DNA of 64,000 bases from Octopus sinensis (GCF_006345805.1 NW_021832231.1:558001-622000), one strand, 5' to 3'. Positions 1-14,772 are shown, numbered from the stretch's first letter. A program made the numbers and translations. Notes: generated by a model from the sequence alone, not told the origin.

Positions 1-384
1 GTCATTTACCTTTGTAATATATTTTCAGGTTGTGTGTTGGATAATTTTGGTGCTTCAGACGACTGTATTAATATAAATCAAGACTTCCCCTTTGTAGACT
101 TCCTAATTTAACATTTTCGATTTGTTTTTCCCCCAAAGTTCGGTATTACCGAAAAGGATTGCTTAATTCTTGACACTTTTTTACTCCATTAGACTGGTTA
201 TGCAGCTTGTTGATAACAAAAGAACTATTTCAAACGAATTTAACCACTTTATATAATTATGCAAAAACAGCTTTAACAAACACGCTCGATAGGTTTACAT
301 TAGTGTTGAATAAATGACTCAAGGTAGGTATCATAGTTAAACCAAGAATAAAACAAAAAGGTTAATTGGAGAAATCGTGAAAAA

Positions 385-2946
385 TTATAACTTATTGTAA
401 ATAGTTAAGTAAATATTGCAGAAAACATCAGCAGATGTATGTACGGTAAATAGGGAGTGTCCGTCATTGGGATAATAATAGAGCCTAATATTAAAATAAC
501 ATGGAACTTGGCATCTATCATATTCGCTTTCAGTTTATTATAAAATTCCAATCCTTGAAACGGAGGAACTCTTCTGTCGTCTCCTCCAATAAGAAGACAA
601 ACCGACACATCAGTAGAAATCTTGTAAAAATAAAAACGATTAGTTCCTACGTGAGATAGATAGTTCAAAGCAGATCCTTTATTTAAAATGGACAAATCTT
701 GATCTGTCGGTCCTACCCTATAGTCGAAGCCTGTTCCACACTCCCAGCAGCACCAGTCGGGTATGTCAGTAGCAGAAAACATTGCTCGTAATAAAAAATA
801 TAAATATACTTGCAGGGTTTATCACTGGATTCAATAAACACACACTTTTAAACAATTTCTATAAAAAATCAAAAAATATAAATAACCGGAAATTGACCGA
901 TCAGGTGGGCTCCAATAAAGCCGCCATGAGAACCACCAACGTAAAATATATCCTCAGAAATATCCTTATATTTATTTAACGTATCCATAATAGCCAACTA
1001 AAAGGAGAATTATTAATATAATATACGTGAACATCACTCACGTCATCCTGTCCAATCCGACCAAGCAATGACCTCAACATTCCGTCCACATAACCAGTCG
1101 ATCCCCGATAGTTCACTTTAAATTTTTTAATATAAAAAACCCGTCAAAACAGCAAATCCACAACAACACAAACTCATATGAAGAGGGTTGAAAGAAGAAG
1201 AATAACAAGAATGTGGACCTCCTATAATTTAAAATAAGCAATGCTTATACCATGAGCAAATACAACTAACGGGCAGACTCCGTTGGGTTTGATCAAAGAA
1301 CTTTCAAATGCCAAATAATCTGAAAATATAAAAATCAAAAAGAATATTCCTGAAACTGTGTGGCAAGATATTTGTCGATCAAAATTTAAATCTTTCTGAA
1401 TATCACTGGCACAAATGTTCCACGATATTGAAGGACTATTCGAATCTCCACAAAGTCTGCCTACAGCCTTAAAATATTTAATAAAAAAGACAAGAAAATG
1501 AGGAACTGAGGGAGATGATATCACTCCTACCACGATATCGTCCAACACAGCCAAAATATTAGCAAATGGCCAATCTGGAAAAAATACAGTAAAAACTTGA
1601 ACCTTTACAACCTGGAAATGAATTCTCCACTTTTGTGACATCACCAGAAGTCAGATTTGCTACAAAGAGAACACTTCGAAAGCCACAATCGGACGAAAAA
1701 AGAGCACAGTTCCCGCCAAAAACAAGATGAAATGGGTGAAGAGTATAAACCCCCACAAAGCCATCTTCCCTCGTACTGTGAGGGACTGAGACGATACATT
1801 CATCACGACACGACTCCAATTCAAGACATCGAATTTGTTTAGCCTGGCAATGTGGGCCAGGAGACTCCGAAGACAAATAAAACAGCTTAGATCCCTCCAA
1901 CGAAAACACGAGACTCATTATAAACTTCTCTTCTAATTCGGGGATAGAAAGTTCGTCACAAGATACATTAGAAATGACAATTCGACAACTAAAATATATA
2001 ATCCATTAAAAACGGTCGGTTCAGGCAACTTGTGAGTCCTAATTTGTAAGGATTCTCGTTGTACTGGACGATAGCGACCGACGAACTGTCCGGACTCCAA
2101 ACCGGCTATTTGAAGTTAAAAACGCAAAAAACCGAGGCGGCTGAATATCCTAAGCAATCAACCACGTGGATAGAACAGGTTGACACATTTAGCACACAGA
2201 GGACCGTGTGGATGGTTTCAGTCAATTTTTCTCCCCACGATTGACGGTAAAGGTTTTTTTCGTCCTAAAATATAAAAGTAAAAGCAACTTTTTGTGGGTT
2301 TTTTAATGAAAGGTTTGGTTTTTTGCGAGAGTCGTCCTTTTTGTCTTTACAGTCAAAATCTCCCTCCGCAATATAGGCCAAATATTCCTCGTTGTGAGAC
2401 CAAACAAGCCCGCCAAATGTTGCTGAAAAGTCAAAAATTAGGAATACAGCTAAAATCCTTTACTTGACCGTGTTTTTGTGCGGCTGTTAGATTTATGGTT
2501 AGCACTCTCTCTTTTCCTGAATTAATCTAAGATTTGTGGTTTTAAATCACCTGAATAAAATCGAATTTATCCCCATTTTCTGTAACTTGAAAAATTTCGG
2601 CAATATATTTTCCAGATGGCGAGCCAACTCGATGTCTTTCAAAATAAAATGTTGATTTACTTTGATGTGACCGGATAAAATGGAGTTTGATATTGTGTGT
2701 CTAATGTGTTTCTCTCAACCAAAATTCGATTCTCAGAACAGATATCTTGAAACTTGTAGAAATCTCGAGAGCTATATAGACACGTGACTTCCAAAGAATT
2801 TTTAGACTCGTTGTTGATATTTAGAGATGCAGAAATCGGTATTGGAAATAAAGAAAATGCTTTATATTTGTCCCATGCTTCTGAGACTGGTGCAATTGTT
2901 TTCTAATAAGAATTATACCACATTTAACCTTCAAATCACAAGCCAT
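385..2946 (-). CDS. APEH: Acylamino-acid-releasing enzyme (S9C acylpeptide hydrolase), multi-exon with micro-introns
   Basis: Spliced reading gives WGEKL..VLCVL, LVVFAHG, nucleophile elbow GGSHGG (about 915-935), TDIPDW, catalytic Asp in DDRRVP and His in DGHSL; GT-AG introns of about 23-28 nt; start MACDLK at 2946, stop at 385. Confidence 0.9.
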
Positions 2947-3239
2947 TGAAACTAAATTTATTACATTTTTTTATTTTGAACAAAAATATGGATTTTATTA
3001 AAATATATTTGTTACAATTTTACCATAAAAATTTTTTTACAAACAAAATTGGTAGAAAATTTGGGTGTAATTTTAATCAGACCAAATTTTTTGACGGCGG
3101 AAAAAACTGCTATAGAAAGTATGTTATATTTGCAACTTTGATTACTTTAATTACTTGTGAATAGCTCAGTCTATTTCTAGAAGACAATTTCATCAATTTT
3201 CATTAAATTTTTTTTTAAACGTTAATTTTTTTTTAAACA

Positions 3240-3835
3240 AGAAAGAAATTAAAGATAGCTAAGATAATTAAAGGCCTCACGAGACACCCGGCCAGCCTCG
3301 CGAATGGCGAAGCCGTTCCCTCGGATCACAGCAATCGACAGACGTTCCAGGAGCCAAGAAAACTCTCTTGGATCGTGACTAGTCCTTGAAATCCGTCGAC
3401 CGAGCGAGCGAAGGAAGCGGAGTGTCTTGGGACCGAAGATCCCGGAGGACTCCACGGCAATTAGAGTAAATAACAGCGAGTTGGAGAGGTGGCCGTACTT
3501 GAGAATCTTTCGCTCCTCGGCCTGCCTCGAAGCGTGCCCAGGATTGGCGGCGGACAGAGCGAGATTTCCCAGCGAGAACGTGTCCGAACAGGTAGAATCC
3601 CAAATAAGGGATTTCCCCTGCTCGTAGGAGAAGGTGGACATGCCGTCAGGGCGTTTGCCATCCCCTCTATCCAATCCAACAGGTTCAAGGATTGACGTGA
3701 TGCCTGCTGAAGCGAGGGCTCTCTGTATGACTGAGTTGAGTTCACTGTGACGGGGGGCACGACCGGCACTCCGTCGGCAAGCGAGGGGGTGCAAACCGTA
3801 CTCGTCAACAGTTCCCCCACAACGGCATTTAATTG
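3240..3835 (-). mobile_element. 5'-truncated CRE-clade non-LTR retrotransposon (Zn finger + restriction-like endonuclease), uninterrupted ORF
   Basis: CRCGG..GLHPLACRRSAGRAPRH Zn finger, RPDG..WDSTC..EERK..KY RLE motif, C-terminal RLSIAVIRGN. Confidence 0.85.
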
Positions 3836-3869
3836 TGCTGAGTAAAAAGGAGAAAATCAACCTATTTTA

Positions 3870-4620
3870 TTCTGTACCAACAGAAGTGGCTGAACTAATA
3901 GCAGATCATTTCGAAGTACTATTAAATCGGACAATTGAGAGAAACTAACAACCAATTCAGAAATGCGCAAATTACACGATAAAATAACCGCAGAGGAGGT
4001 ACTAGTCTTAAGCTCTAAACTGAAAAATAACAAGATTTTAGGCCTATCATTAGGAAGGCACTCCTAATACCTATTCAGAAATCACAAAAACTCAGGTGTA
4101 ACTTGAAAAACTTTAGACCTGTGGTCTTGAAAAAATATTAGCAAACATTGTTCTCAAAAAATGGAGACTCGACTAGACCTTCCGCTGTATAAATATGGCT
4201 TCGTTTGACCTTTGACGTTGTGTGGAATCAAAAATGGAAATGCGGACCCTTCAGAATGTCAATGACTATTCTCAGGATCGACATTTAAAAAGCTTGTGAA
4301 GTTAATATTGACTTGATCTCCAACAATAAAGAAGAGCTCTAAGCATTAATTCAGAAAATATCAGACAAAATAGCAAGCAAGTCACTAAAAGTGAAGAAAA
4401 AAGAGAAATCATAAAACTAATTAGAAGAAAAGATAAGGTTATGAACTCTAGCGTACAAACCAAGAAATTTAGCTCTCTCCCCGATAACGCAGAAGACATT
4501 CAAGAAGAAAGACATTTACTTACACCGCACTACACAAACTGAGGAAGACCTAGTTTTTGCAAAATCAATCCAGAAGGCCGTCCAAAATCCTTTAAAAGAG
4601 AACAAATACCAAGTCAATTT
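3870..4620 (+). mobile_element. Highly degenerate RTE-like LINE reverse transcriptase remnant
   Basis: Broken frames read ITAEEV..LKNNK, DLISNNKEEL..LKV, TKKFSSL..AEDIQ, paralleling the RTE copies at 38.2-39.3 kb and 52.6-53.8 kb. Confidence 0.55.
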
Positions 4621-4639
4621 CTGAGTAGATTCTGATGTC

Positions 4640-4855
4640 AAGATTTTTCAATCCTCAATCTTGATCTAGTTTCACAAAAAGTATACGTGCACTTTTTCCG
4701 ATGGCATCATTGGTTTCAAAAGCAAGAAGTACTCCAGAAGCTTATTTTTAATTTTTGCCTCTTCTGATCTGGATGATGCGTATAAGTTCAGTAAAGTGGC
4801 CACAGAAGTGCTTGCCCATGTCATCTTCCAAACAAGCGACTTTCCATACTTAATT
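4640..4855 (-). mobile_element. Very degenerate CRE-type RLE fragment
   Basis: YGKSLVW, EEAKIK and AFETNDAIGKSAR match the RLE core of the other CRE copies, with frameshifts. Confidence 0.5.
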
Positions 4856-4892
4856 TTTTTTATTACGAAAAAAGAATTCGGTCAAGTGTTCG

Positions 4893-5158
4893 AAAGCTTC
4901 ATGGACGGGAAGCCGACGCGATCGAGAAAGAATTAGAGCGTACTATCGCAAGGGATATCCGCTCGAAAAACCATCTTGATTCGCGGGCGTCGCCTGTGAT
5001 AGCAGACATGAGGGACCCGATCTCCTGAACGAAGCTGATTGCCTTACTGCCCAAGGAACCGGAAGTCTCACCTGCGAATGGAAGGAATTGGAACTTCTCC
5101 GTAAGTGAGGAGTACTTCCGCATCTTTTTGCATTTTGCGGTAGTGGAAATAGATCCAT
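4893..5158 (-). mobile_element. CRE-type 3' fragment, young family copy A
   Basis: RKYSSL..FLPFAGETSGSLG..WFFERISLAIVRSNS; near-identical to 49277-49585. Confidence 0.85.
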
Positions 5159-5278
5159 ACTTAATTAGGTCAGAAAATTAAAAAAATCAAGGCTTTAAAT
5201 TTCTATTTTAAAATGAAAGAATCAATATCGTAAAGAATTATTAGTATCAAAAACCAAATAAATGATTAAAGATTGATT

Positions 5279-6232
5279 CTAAATCTTGCTAACAAATTTC
5301 TCGATGAGCCTTCTAACAAAAACGACACTGTTGGAAAGAACAGCGGTGATATCATTAACATCCGCGACATTTTGAAAATTCTCATTATCTTTATACACAT
5401 CAGAAATTGTAGACAAGGCTACAACTTTCATTCCACAATGGACTGCAGTAATGGCTTCACCAGAAGTGCTCATTCCTTCATTTTATATAACAAACCAATA
5501 CCAACTGCATCACAACCATTTTTCATCAAAAACCTCATCTCAAAATTCGTCTCAAAGTGCGGTCCGGCGACCGACGCGTAAATTCCTTCTCTAACAAAGT
5601 CAAAATTCAACTCCCGAGCACAATCCAATAACTTGCTCCTCAGATCCCTGTCGTACAAGTTATACAAGGATGGAAATCTATCCCCAAATCGAGCATCATT
5701 TGGTCCAATTAGAGGACTGTTTCCAACCAAACCGGGAAAGTAGAGATGGTCCTTTATCACCATTATATCTCCACAACAATAAGATTGATTGATCCCGCCC
5801 GCAGCATTCGTTAAAATGACAATTTCGACACCCAAGAATTTCATAAGTCGAATTGGGGCAACAATCTGGGTTATTAATTTGTTAATACAGTGGATTGGTC
5901 ATGGCCTTCGTAAAGATGATATCTTCCCTGCTGACAGATAACTGGCGTGCCACAAGCCAGGTTTCCTATGACGAATTGTCCGGCATGGGAATCGACTATT
6001 TTAAAACTTTTTTCTTTACCCGTGGTTCTTGGTAGTTTTGGGATATTTTGGAATTTTATAATAAGAGGGTTAGTAATCATGGTGTTTATATCTCCGAGAC
6101 CAGTTCCACAGACTATTCCAATTTTTGGCTTGACAATCATTTTGCTGGTGATATAATCACTCATAATTACAATGTCTTCATATGTGATAATTCTTTTAAA
6201 AATATTGAACAATTAATAGCTCACCTAGACAT
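5279..6232 (-). CDS. PNP: Purine nucleoside phosphorylase (trimeric PNP family)
   Basis: KIGIVCGTGLG, QGRYHLYEG, TNAAGG, DHLYFPG, GPHFET..E, DAVG|MST..E; micro-introns; start MSR at 6232. Confidence 0.92.
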
Positions 6233-6804
6233 TTAGGTTAAAACTTTTATGCTAATTTGACACATTAGTTTATTAAAGAATAAGTATTATAAGAGAAATA
6301 TTATTTTAATATTTGAATAAAATATATTCAAATTATTATTTCCAAAATCGTTTCTCAACGAGTCATAAATAAAAATGTTTGTTAATAACTGCATTGTTTT
6401 TATTTCAGTTGAATTTTTGAAATTTTTTGTAAAAAATGAACATTTTATCATTTTAATTTCATCCAGATATCTGCAGCGGGAATTCTTTTGTCATTTGTTT
6501 GTTTTGTCCTTTGCTTGTTCTCAGGAATTTAAACTTTTTTGTTCAAATTCTACATATTCAATTCGTCGATAGTTCATATAATCATTATGGACCATTTAAA
6601 AGTATCAAATTTTATGTAATCTATTCAGTTACTAAATTCTTATTACACTTTCAATTTACTATAATTTATATAAATTTGATGTTAAATATTGAGAAATGAA
6701 CAATACAAGTCAATAGGTTCCTTTTAAATACAATCAAATACTATTTTAAATTTAATTTCTGTTATCGAAGAAAATGAATTTAGATCCCTCCAACGAAAAC
6801 ACGA

Positions 6805-7126
6805 ACATTGAAGTTATAAAGCTTACAAAGAACTCAACTGCTCATCTTCAACAAATGGATGCAAGAATAATAAAAAATCTAAAACATAATTAGTGGTTGA
6901 TTATATAAAGTTGCTTGATCAATCATTGAACTTTTTTGTTAATCTTAGACACGCAATATTGTTACTTCACGAAGCTTGGGCAAGGTTGAAGTAAGAAACT
7001 ATCAGTAATTGTTTCAAAAAAGTTAGAATTATTCAATCTAACATTTATATAAATTTTAAATTCCTTCATAATCCGAAATCCGAAGGGAAAGTTGATTTGA
7101 ATTTTTTCGATTAAGAGGGTTGACTA
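6805..7126 (+). mobile_element. Tigger/pogo transposon 3' remnant with decayed right TIR
   Basis: NIEVIKLTKNSTAHLQQMDARIIKNLK and EAW..ETISNCFKK (DDE_1 C-terminus); ends CGATTAAGAGGGTTGACTA followed by TA. Confidence 0.65.
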
Positions 7127-7647
7127 TAGTTAAGTATTCTATAACCTATAATTATTGCACTTTTTTACATTAAAGAAAGTCAAACACGTCATTTCTTTAG
7201 TATTAGTGATTTAATCTAAAGTTAAATAATCACTCTCCAGTTTAAAATTTGATAAACGGTAATTTATTAAGAAATCTGCTTGAATTTTGGGTACACAATT
7301 AAATTTCAAATTGCCGACATTTGGACACCATAAATTCATATTCCATTCAACTTTTTATGTCATCTTAAGACTATACAATCTGTCCCTCGTAAAATTTACC
7401 CACTGAAAAATTAAAGAGTCTCAATGTTTAGTGTAGATTAATTTTTTTATTAAAATTAGAAATTTATCATCAAATAACAATTTCTCTATTTTAAATAAAA
7501 TATAAATTTAAGATCAAATTTTTAAGTCGACAGACTATTGAAAACAAAAATAATTAATTTTTTATACTTAAAAATTTTGATTTTTTAAATTGTTATAATA
7601 TTTTAATATCTTAGTGTATGAAATTGTCATAGAAATTTTGTTTGTGA

Positions 7648-10640
7648 ATGAAAAAATTTAAAAAAGAAATTCAAGGTGAATATTTATTTTTTTATTCTAG
7701 TACAAAATAGAACAAAGCGTCAACTTCATGTATCGAATAGAAACAGTATGACTCCACTATCTTCTGAACATAGATCAATGTCTCCAAATTTAAGTCAACA
7801 AAAAATTGATATTCAACAATTTAAAATGGATTTCGATTCTTTAAAAGAAGTAAATTATAATGGTCTTGATTTTTTGCTTAGATTGAAAAGTTTCGGCTTC
7901 CAAAAATTTCAAACAAAAAACAATTCTTTTTAGTTCCTAAAAATTTGTCTGAAAAATCTCAACCCAAAATAAATAATATAGAGTATTGTTAATTCATTTA
8001 TATTCAAGAAAAACTAAAATTTCCAAAGAAATTGAGGATATTTCTAATTTGTGTGCTGGAAATAGTAAGAATAGTATAATTGATGAAAAAGATAGCTTTA
8101 AGAATTGGAATAGTTTGGAAAATATTATTCCAGATAATTTTTGTATTTCATCAGAAAAAATTTATAAATCGGATTTAAACAAAAGAGTATTTCATAGCCA
8201 AAACATTTTGTCAAAATGGAATGAACACAGTAATGCAATTAGAAATCAAAATGAATTTATTTCTCGTATAAACACTGACTAATTTCACAGAAAAAATTAG
8301 GCGAAGCAAGAGCCAGTCAATTTTAACTAGAAACGAAACTCGGATTAAAAATGAGTTCTGTGAAATTTTAGATAAAATTCTTTATCAGATTAAATTAACA
8401 CCAACATGTAATAAAGTAAAGTTTACTTGTCTAGTGCGAGGATTTTTCAAACTTCCTGAAGCAATTTGCGAAAAAAAGAACTATATTACGTTGTATCGAT
8501 TAAAATTATTTAAAAACAATTTACAGTAGAACATTGACAAAGACAGAATGTGAAGTTGACGAACCAATGGAAAGAATTGGATACTCAAAAAACATTTGCA
8601 CAGAATTAAACTTTAATCCAAACCTAATGGACAAAAGAAATGAAGAGAGAAAACAATTTTATAAAACTATTAATGATTATACAAATTTATTACATCAGAT
8701 CGAAGTCCATTATCCCGTTTGAATTTAAATTAACATAAAAATAGGAATTTGAAACACTTGAAGTTCGAGGAAGTTCAATTACACATGAACCCTTTCAAAA
8801 AGAAAATTCAAATTTATGTAAAAGTAGAGCTCATTCTATACATGAATCGATGGAAAATAATATTGAAGAAACAAAAAATGATCAACAATGGCATTTTTTT
8901 AATATATTTAAATTAGTCTTTCTTTAATAATTGCAAATACATGTCTAACGTGGGAAAAAAATGATGATACGTCTATTACAAAAAAGGACACATTTCTTGA
9001 AGCTAGAATATTATTTGAATGTTTTCAAAAACAAACTGCGGTTTCATATCTAGAAATAGAAAATAATGGAACAGCTTCTGTTTATTATAGTTGGGAGGTA
9101 ATTAATAAAATGATTGGAAATAGTCAATAAACAATAAAAATATATTTGGAATTCCTCTCACTAACAGTGGAGTTCAGACTTTTTACTTTGACCAAAGCGA
9201 TGGTTATTTTTAAAATAATGACTTGCAGGTGTACTCGTTCCTGGTCAAAAGATAAGCTTTCCTTTCACATTTAAATCAATTAAAGATGGAATTTATCAGG
9301 AAAAGTGGCTTCTAAAAACAGTTCCGAAGCTGAACGGGGGATCAAAAATATTTGTGATATTACACGGAATTTCAGTGCAGAATGACATATATCAGAAAAT
9401 TCAAAATCAACACGACGTTTTAAATAATTCATTATAACATAGAAACATGAATATGAATATAAGCGCAATAAATATTTACAAAAAATAATATATGACATCA
9501 TTGATGATGTAAAGACTCCAGTTCGACCACCCACCCCACTTGAGGGGACTCTCAATGACAAAATTAAATTCGAAAGAGAAAACGAAAATGTTAATATTCA
9601 TTATAATTCCCCAGTATTTTTTCAATGATGAAATATTTCAAAAATTCAATTATTTTTACAATAACTGCAAAGATAGAACAATAAACACAGAATGGAATTA
9701 TTCGCTGTTAGATCTTCACGATGTATAAATAATTTAAATTTAAAAACAGACTATTTTAAACTCGTCTCTAAAAGGTGAAAAACATACATACTGCACGTAT
9801 TTTCACGAGTATTTACACAAACTGAAAAAATCTCCAAAGTTCTCTTCAAAAATATTAAAATCGAATATAATGTAAACTTTTTAAAAATATATTTACTTAG
9901 GTATATATTAATATTGAACACTATTAATACAATGACAACAACCTCACAAAATATTGAAAAAAGTTCCAAATTTGTCAAAAGGATTTTTGGTTTTATTAAA
10001 ATTATTTACTATGATAGAAGAAAAACAAGTATCGGGAACCAACGTATTGAAAAAATTATCCAAAGTTACAAAATTTAAACTATTTATAGACCAAAAGTAA
10101 CGTTGGAATTATTCTCCCAACAGATGACAATATAAACATGTTTGGTAATCAAAGTGAAACTTATTTTTCTGAAATGTCAAGTCAAATGATTTACAGAACA
10201 GTTTGTTGAAATATATTTATATAGACATATGAATATTTCGTAAAAGTTTTTGACATCATTGAAGATATTTTCGAGAATATCTAATTTAAACTTAATTATT
10301 AACAATAACGATTTAATGTTTACGATTTATCAATACCACAATTCTCTCAGCTGTTATATATTTCAACATGGTTCACTGTGTTGTCAAGAATAAAAAAATC
10401 TAATATCTTGATGACGCCGCAATTAGTGAGTCTAAAGAAATCTGCTTTTTTACTAAGATCTGTAATTTTAGATTTCAGTATCCAAAAGTAATATTGCTAA
10501 AAAAGTAAAAAATAGTTTCTATCCTCTCGCTTAAAGTCCAACAACAGCATAGCTCGGACCATATATTTGTCGCTACCATAATTAATTACACCCAAGTGAT
10601 TCCAAAAAATTTTTTAGCTCTGGAGTCTTAGTTAAAAAAA
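7648..10640 (+). CDS. MYCBPAP: MYCBP-associated protein (ciliary central-pair component); 3' end approximate
   Basis: LEARILFEC..SYLEIENNGTASVYYSWE, FYFDQSDGVLVPGQ..FTFKS..GIYQEKW..T.P.L.GG and VKTPVRPPTP match MYCBPAP; first intron 25 nt after MKKFKKEIQ. Confidence 0.75.
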
Positions 10641-10813
10641 TAAAACTAGATGAAAATTTTTGTAGTTTTTCCTTCTTAAAACTAAGAAAATAAGTAATAA
10701 ATTCAATAAATACTTGAAAATAAAAATATATTGTTATATAAAAAGGTGATATTAAAAATTAAAAATAAAAATAATTTTAAAACTTTGTTCAAACAGTCGG
10801 CAGTTATAAGTGG

Positions 10814-12133
<1,320 letters not shown>

Positions 12134-13009
12134 TTTATATATTTAACAAAGATTATTTGTTATCTGAATACCTGAAAAATAATTTGAATGCCATCTGTAG
12201 TGATTTATTGATATTAACTTATGGTTAATTGATTGTTGGCTTATGGAAAATAATATAATTCGATATTTTGAGGATTCTAATTATGGGAATAAATTTAACT
12301 TTATGTCAAGAATCCGAAAAGGCGCGTTTGAAAAAAAATATTTGTTTTTGTCTATTATGAAGGATCAAAAACAAGGACATTAAAGAGAGTTTTTGGAATT
12401 AATTGAATCCAGCAAAATTAGTGGAATTAAATCACTGTTTAATTTTTTGTGGTGTAGAGCAGTGCAACTTGTATTATTTAAATAGATTAAATATTGTTTC
12501 AATGCGTTAGTTATTTATCTCTGCGTTTAAAGTGACTAATTAGTTTATCACGGACAGAAAATTATTCGTAAAACAAATTTTTATGTACTGTCGTCACTTT
12601 TTTATTGCTATATAAATTTATGACTAAGGACACAATTGAGGTGCTGATACAATTTCAGAATTTAACAGACTTCATTGACGTTATTTATTAAATTCTCAGC
12701 AAAGAAACAAACAGTCATCAATGTGAAATCACAATTAAACAAATATTTCAATGAGTTTCAACTGTTTTATGAGATGTTCAAAAACACTACAAAATTGCAT
12801 TATTGAAAGCAAAAATACTGCATGTTGAAATTCTTTTTTCAAGAACTTTTAATTTAGAGTATCTTACGGAGTTAAAGTAATTGTCTCCTTGTTTCAAAAA
12901 ATAACACAAATTGTTTTTTTTATTTGTTGAAAAAATGTTGAAAATTTCTTTTAATTATTATAATTTATTTAAAAAATAAAATGTTTTAACAAGAATCTAT
13001 TGTTGTGGA

Positions 13010-13965
13010 ATGAGTGGGAACTTTTGGAAGAGCTCCCATTAGTAACTGTATCGGCTAAATTTTAAAGCAAAAACTGGATTCTCAACAAACAAGAAATCGT
13101 CTTTTATCAATCAATGTCACTTAAATCAGTAACACCCGAAGAGTTCACCTCAATTATTATATTTTTCACAAATTGTTATCAATTCACTTAAATTCCAAGT
13201 TATCCACCAAATTGGAGAAATGTTACAACTCAGACAACAAGTGATAGCCACTGCCTCAGTTTATTTCCGACGTTTTTACATAAAGTAAAAAATGAAATAA
13301 ATACATTTCAGAAACTCGCTAATCGACTACAATCCATTTCTAATGTCACCAACATGTCTATGCTTAGCCTCCAAGACGATGGTGAGTTCTACCTTATTTA
13401 AGATAAGGAATGTGGACAGATTTCGGCGCATAAACTAAAAAACGCCCTCGATCAAATATGTGATGTTTAATGGCATGATTGTCAGGTCAAAACTCTCCTT
13501 TGATATCTCGGGACTACAAATTCTCCATTTCAAACATTCTTGCATATGAGTTTCATTTAGTGGAACATCTCGACTGTTCTATGATTGTTTTCCTCCCATA
13601 TCGTTCACTCTCCACATTTGCAAAAGAGTTGAAAGATTCTTCCCTTATTGAGATTGCATGGTCCGTCATAAATGATAGTCTCAGGACTGAGGCTTCTGTC
13701 ATCTTTCCTCCCTATTTTATAGCCCTGGGTTTGTCATGTTGATTGCACTGACAGCGGCCTTGTGTATTGCGGGATGTGGAAGGGGAAATGATGTCAGGAA
13801 TTTTGTTGCGGAGTTGGGAGTGGATATTGGCAAGGTATATTGGATGGAGTGTAGTTTTAGATTATTCCTGTTATTAGACTGATTCTTGACTACTACGAGT
13901 ATAACAAAAATCAGAATGATGAGGTTTTTATTCGTTCCGTGCTGAAGAAATATGGATTTATTTGA
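13010..13965 (+). CDS. CCNC: Cyclin C (CDK8 module)
   Basis: MSGNFWKSSH, LQLRQQVIATASVYFRRFY, LASK, EFHLVEHLDCSMIVFLPYR, AWSVINDSLRT..PPYFIAL; introns about 25 nt. Confidence 0.93.
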
Positions 13966-14772
13966 TATTTGTTAATACAGCGAATGATTGTGTATACAAG
14001 TATATAACAGATTTTTTCATTTTTGAAAAGATGTTTTAATGGAGTAGTTTCCTTTCAAACAGATGATTATAGCTGGGATTTTAAAAGAAGCACGTAAATA
14101 TTACAAGTCCTCAAAACAGACTGCGAGATCAATATAGCTTGAAACCAAACAGTGTGGCCTATTTTTATGGAACCATCTTAGCTCTTCAAATAAATTTAGA
14201 CCAATTAACTATAATCCAAATAATTATAAAAAACCAAATAATGTTAATATCTTATTTCGAATCAATTTATAAACAACAGGCCAGATATATTTGTGTTCGA
14301 TAAAACAAAAAATGAAATCGAAGTCATATCCCAAGACAACTTAAAGCAAGTTGAATTTCTGTATCAATAGTTGCATATGTTAGACTGAGTAGGCGTTTTT
14401 TGTTTGAGAAAAGAAGATCACTATTAAGTGCTTTTTGTTTCTTAAGCCCAAGATCATTGATTGGATTTTGTGAAATTGAAGTAAAAACAGTGGCTATACG
14501 TCATATGCTTGTTATCATCGCTATAGTAAATTTATTTTATATTAAAAGTTAGTTTACCCGAAAATTTATTTAATAATGAACAATAACTTGGCGAGCAATA
14601 GGAATTTCTTTAAAAATTTTAAATTTTTGAAAAATGTAGCGAACAATAAAAATTTGACGGTAATTGCCCAAAATTAAATTATTTGTTTAATTTATCTTAT
14701 TTCAAAACATGAATCCATCAAGTCACCATTAACAAATTATAAAATTAATAAATGTAACAAATAAAAAAGACA

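Noticed and set aside
3837-3860. 24-nt GT-AG intron-like segment just upstream of the intact CRE RLE ORF (possible exonisation)
   Set aside because: The upstream frame has an immediate TAA and there is no in-frame ATG, so no viable host exon.
12300-12900. Possible hAT transposase remnant between ARP1 and cyclin C
   Set aside because: Only one weak motif (KESFLELIE..ISG); too decayed to support.
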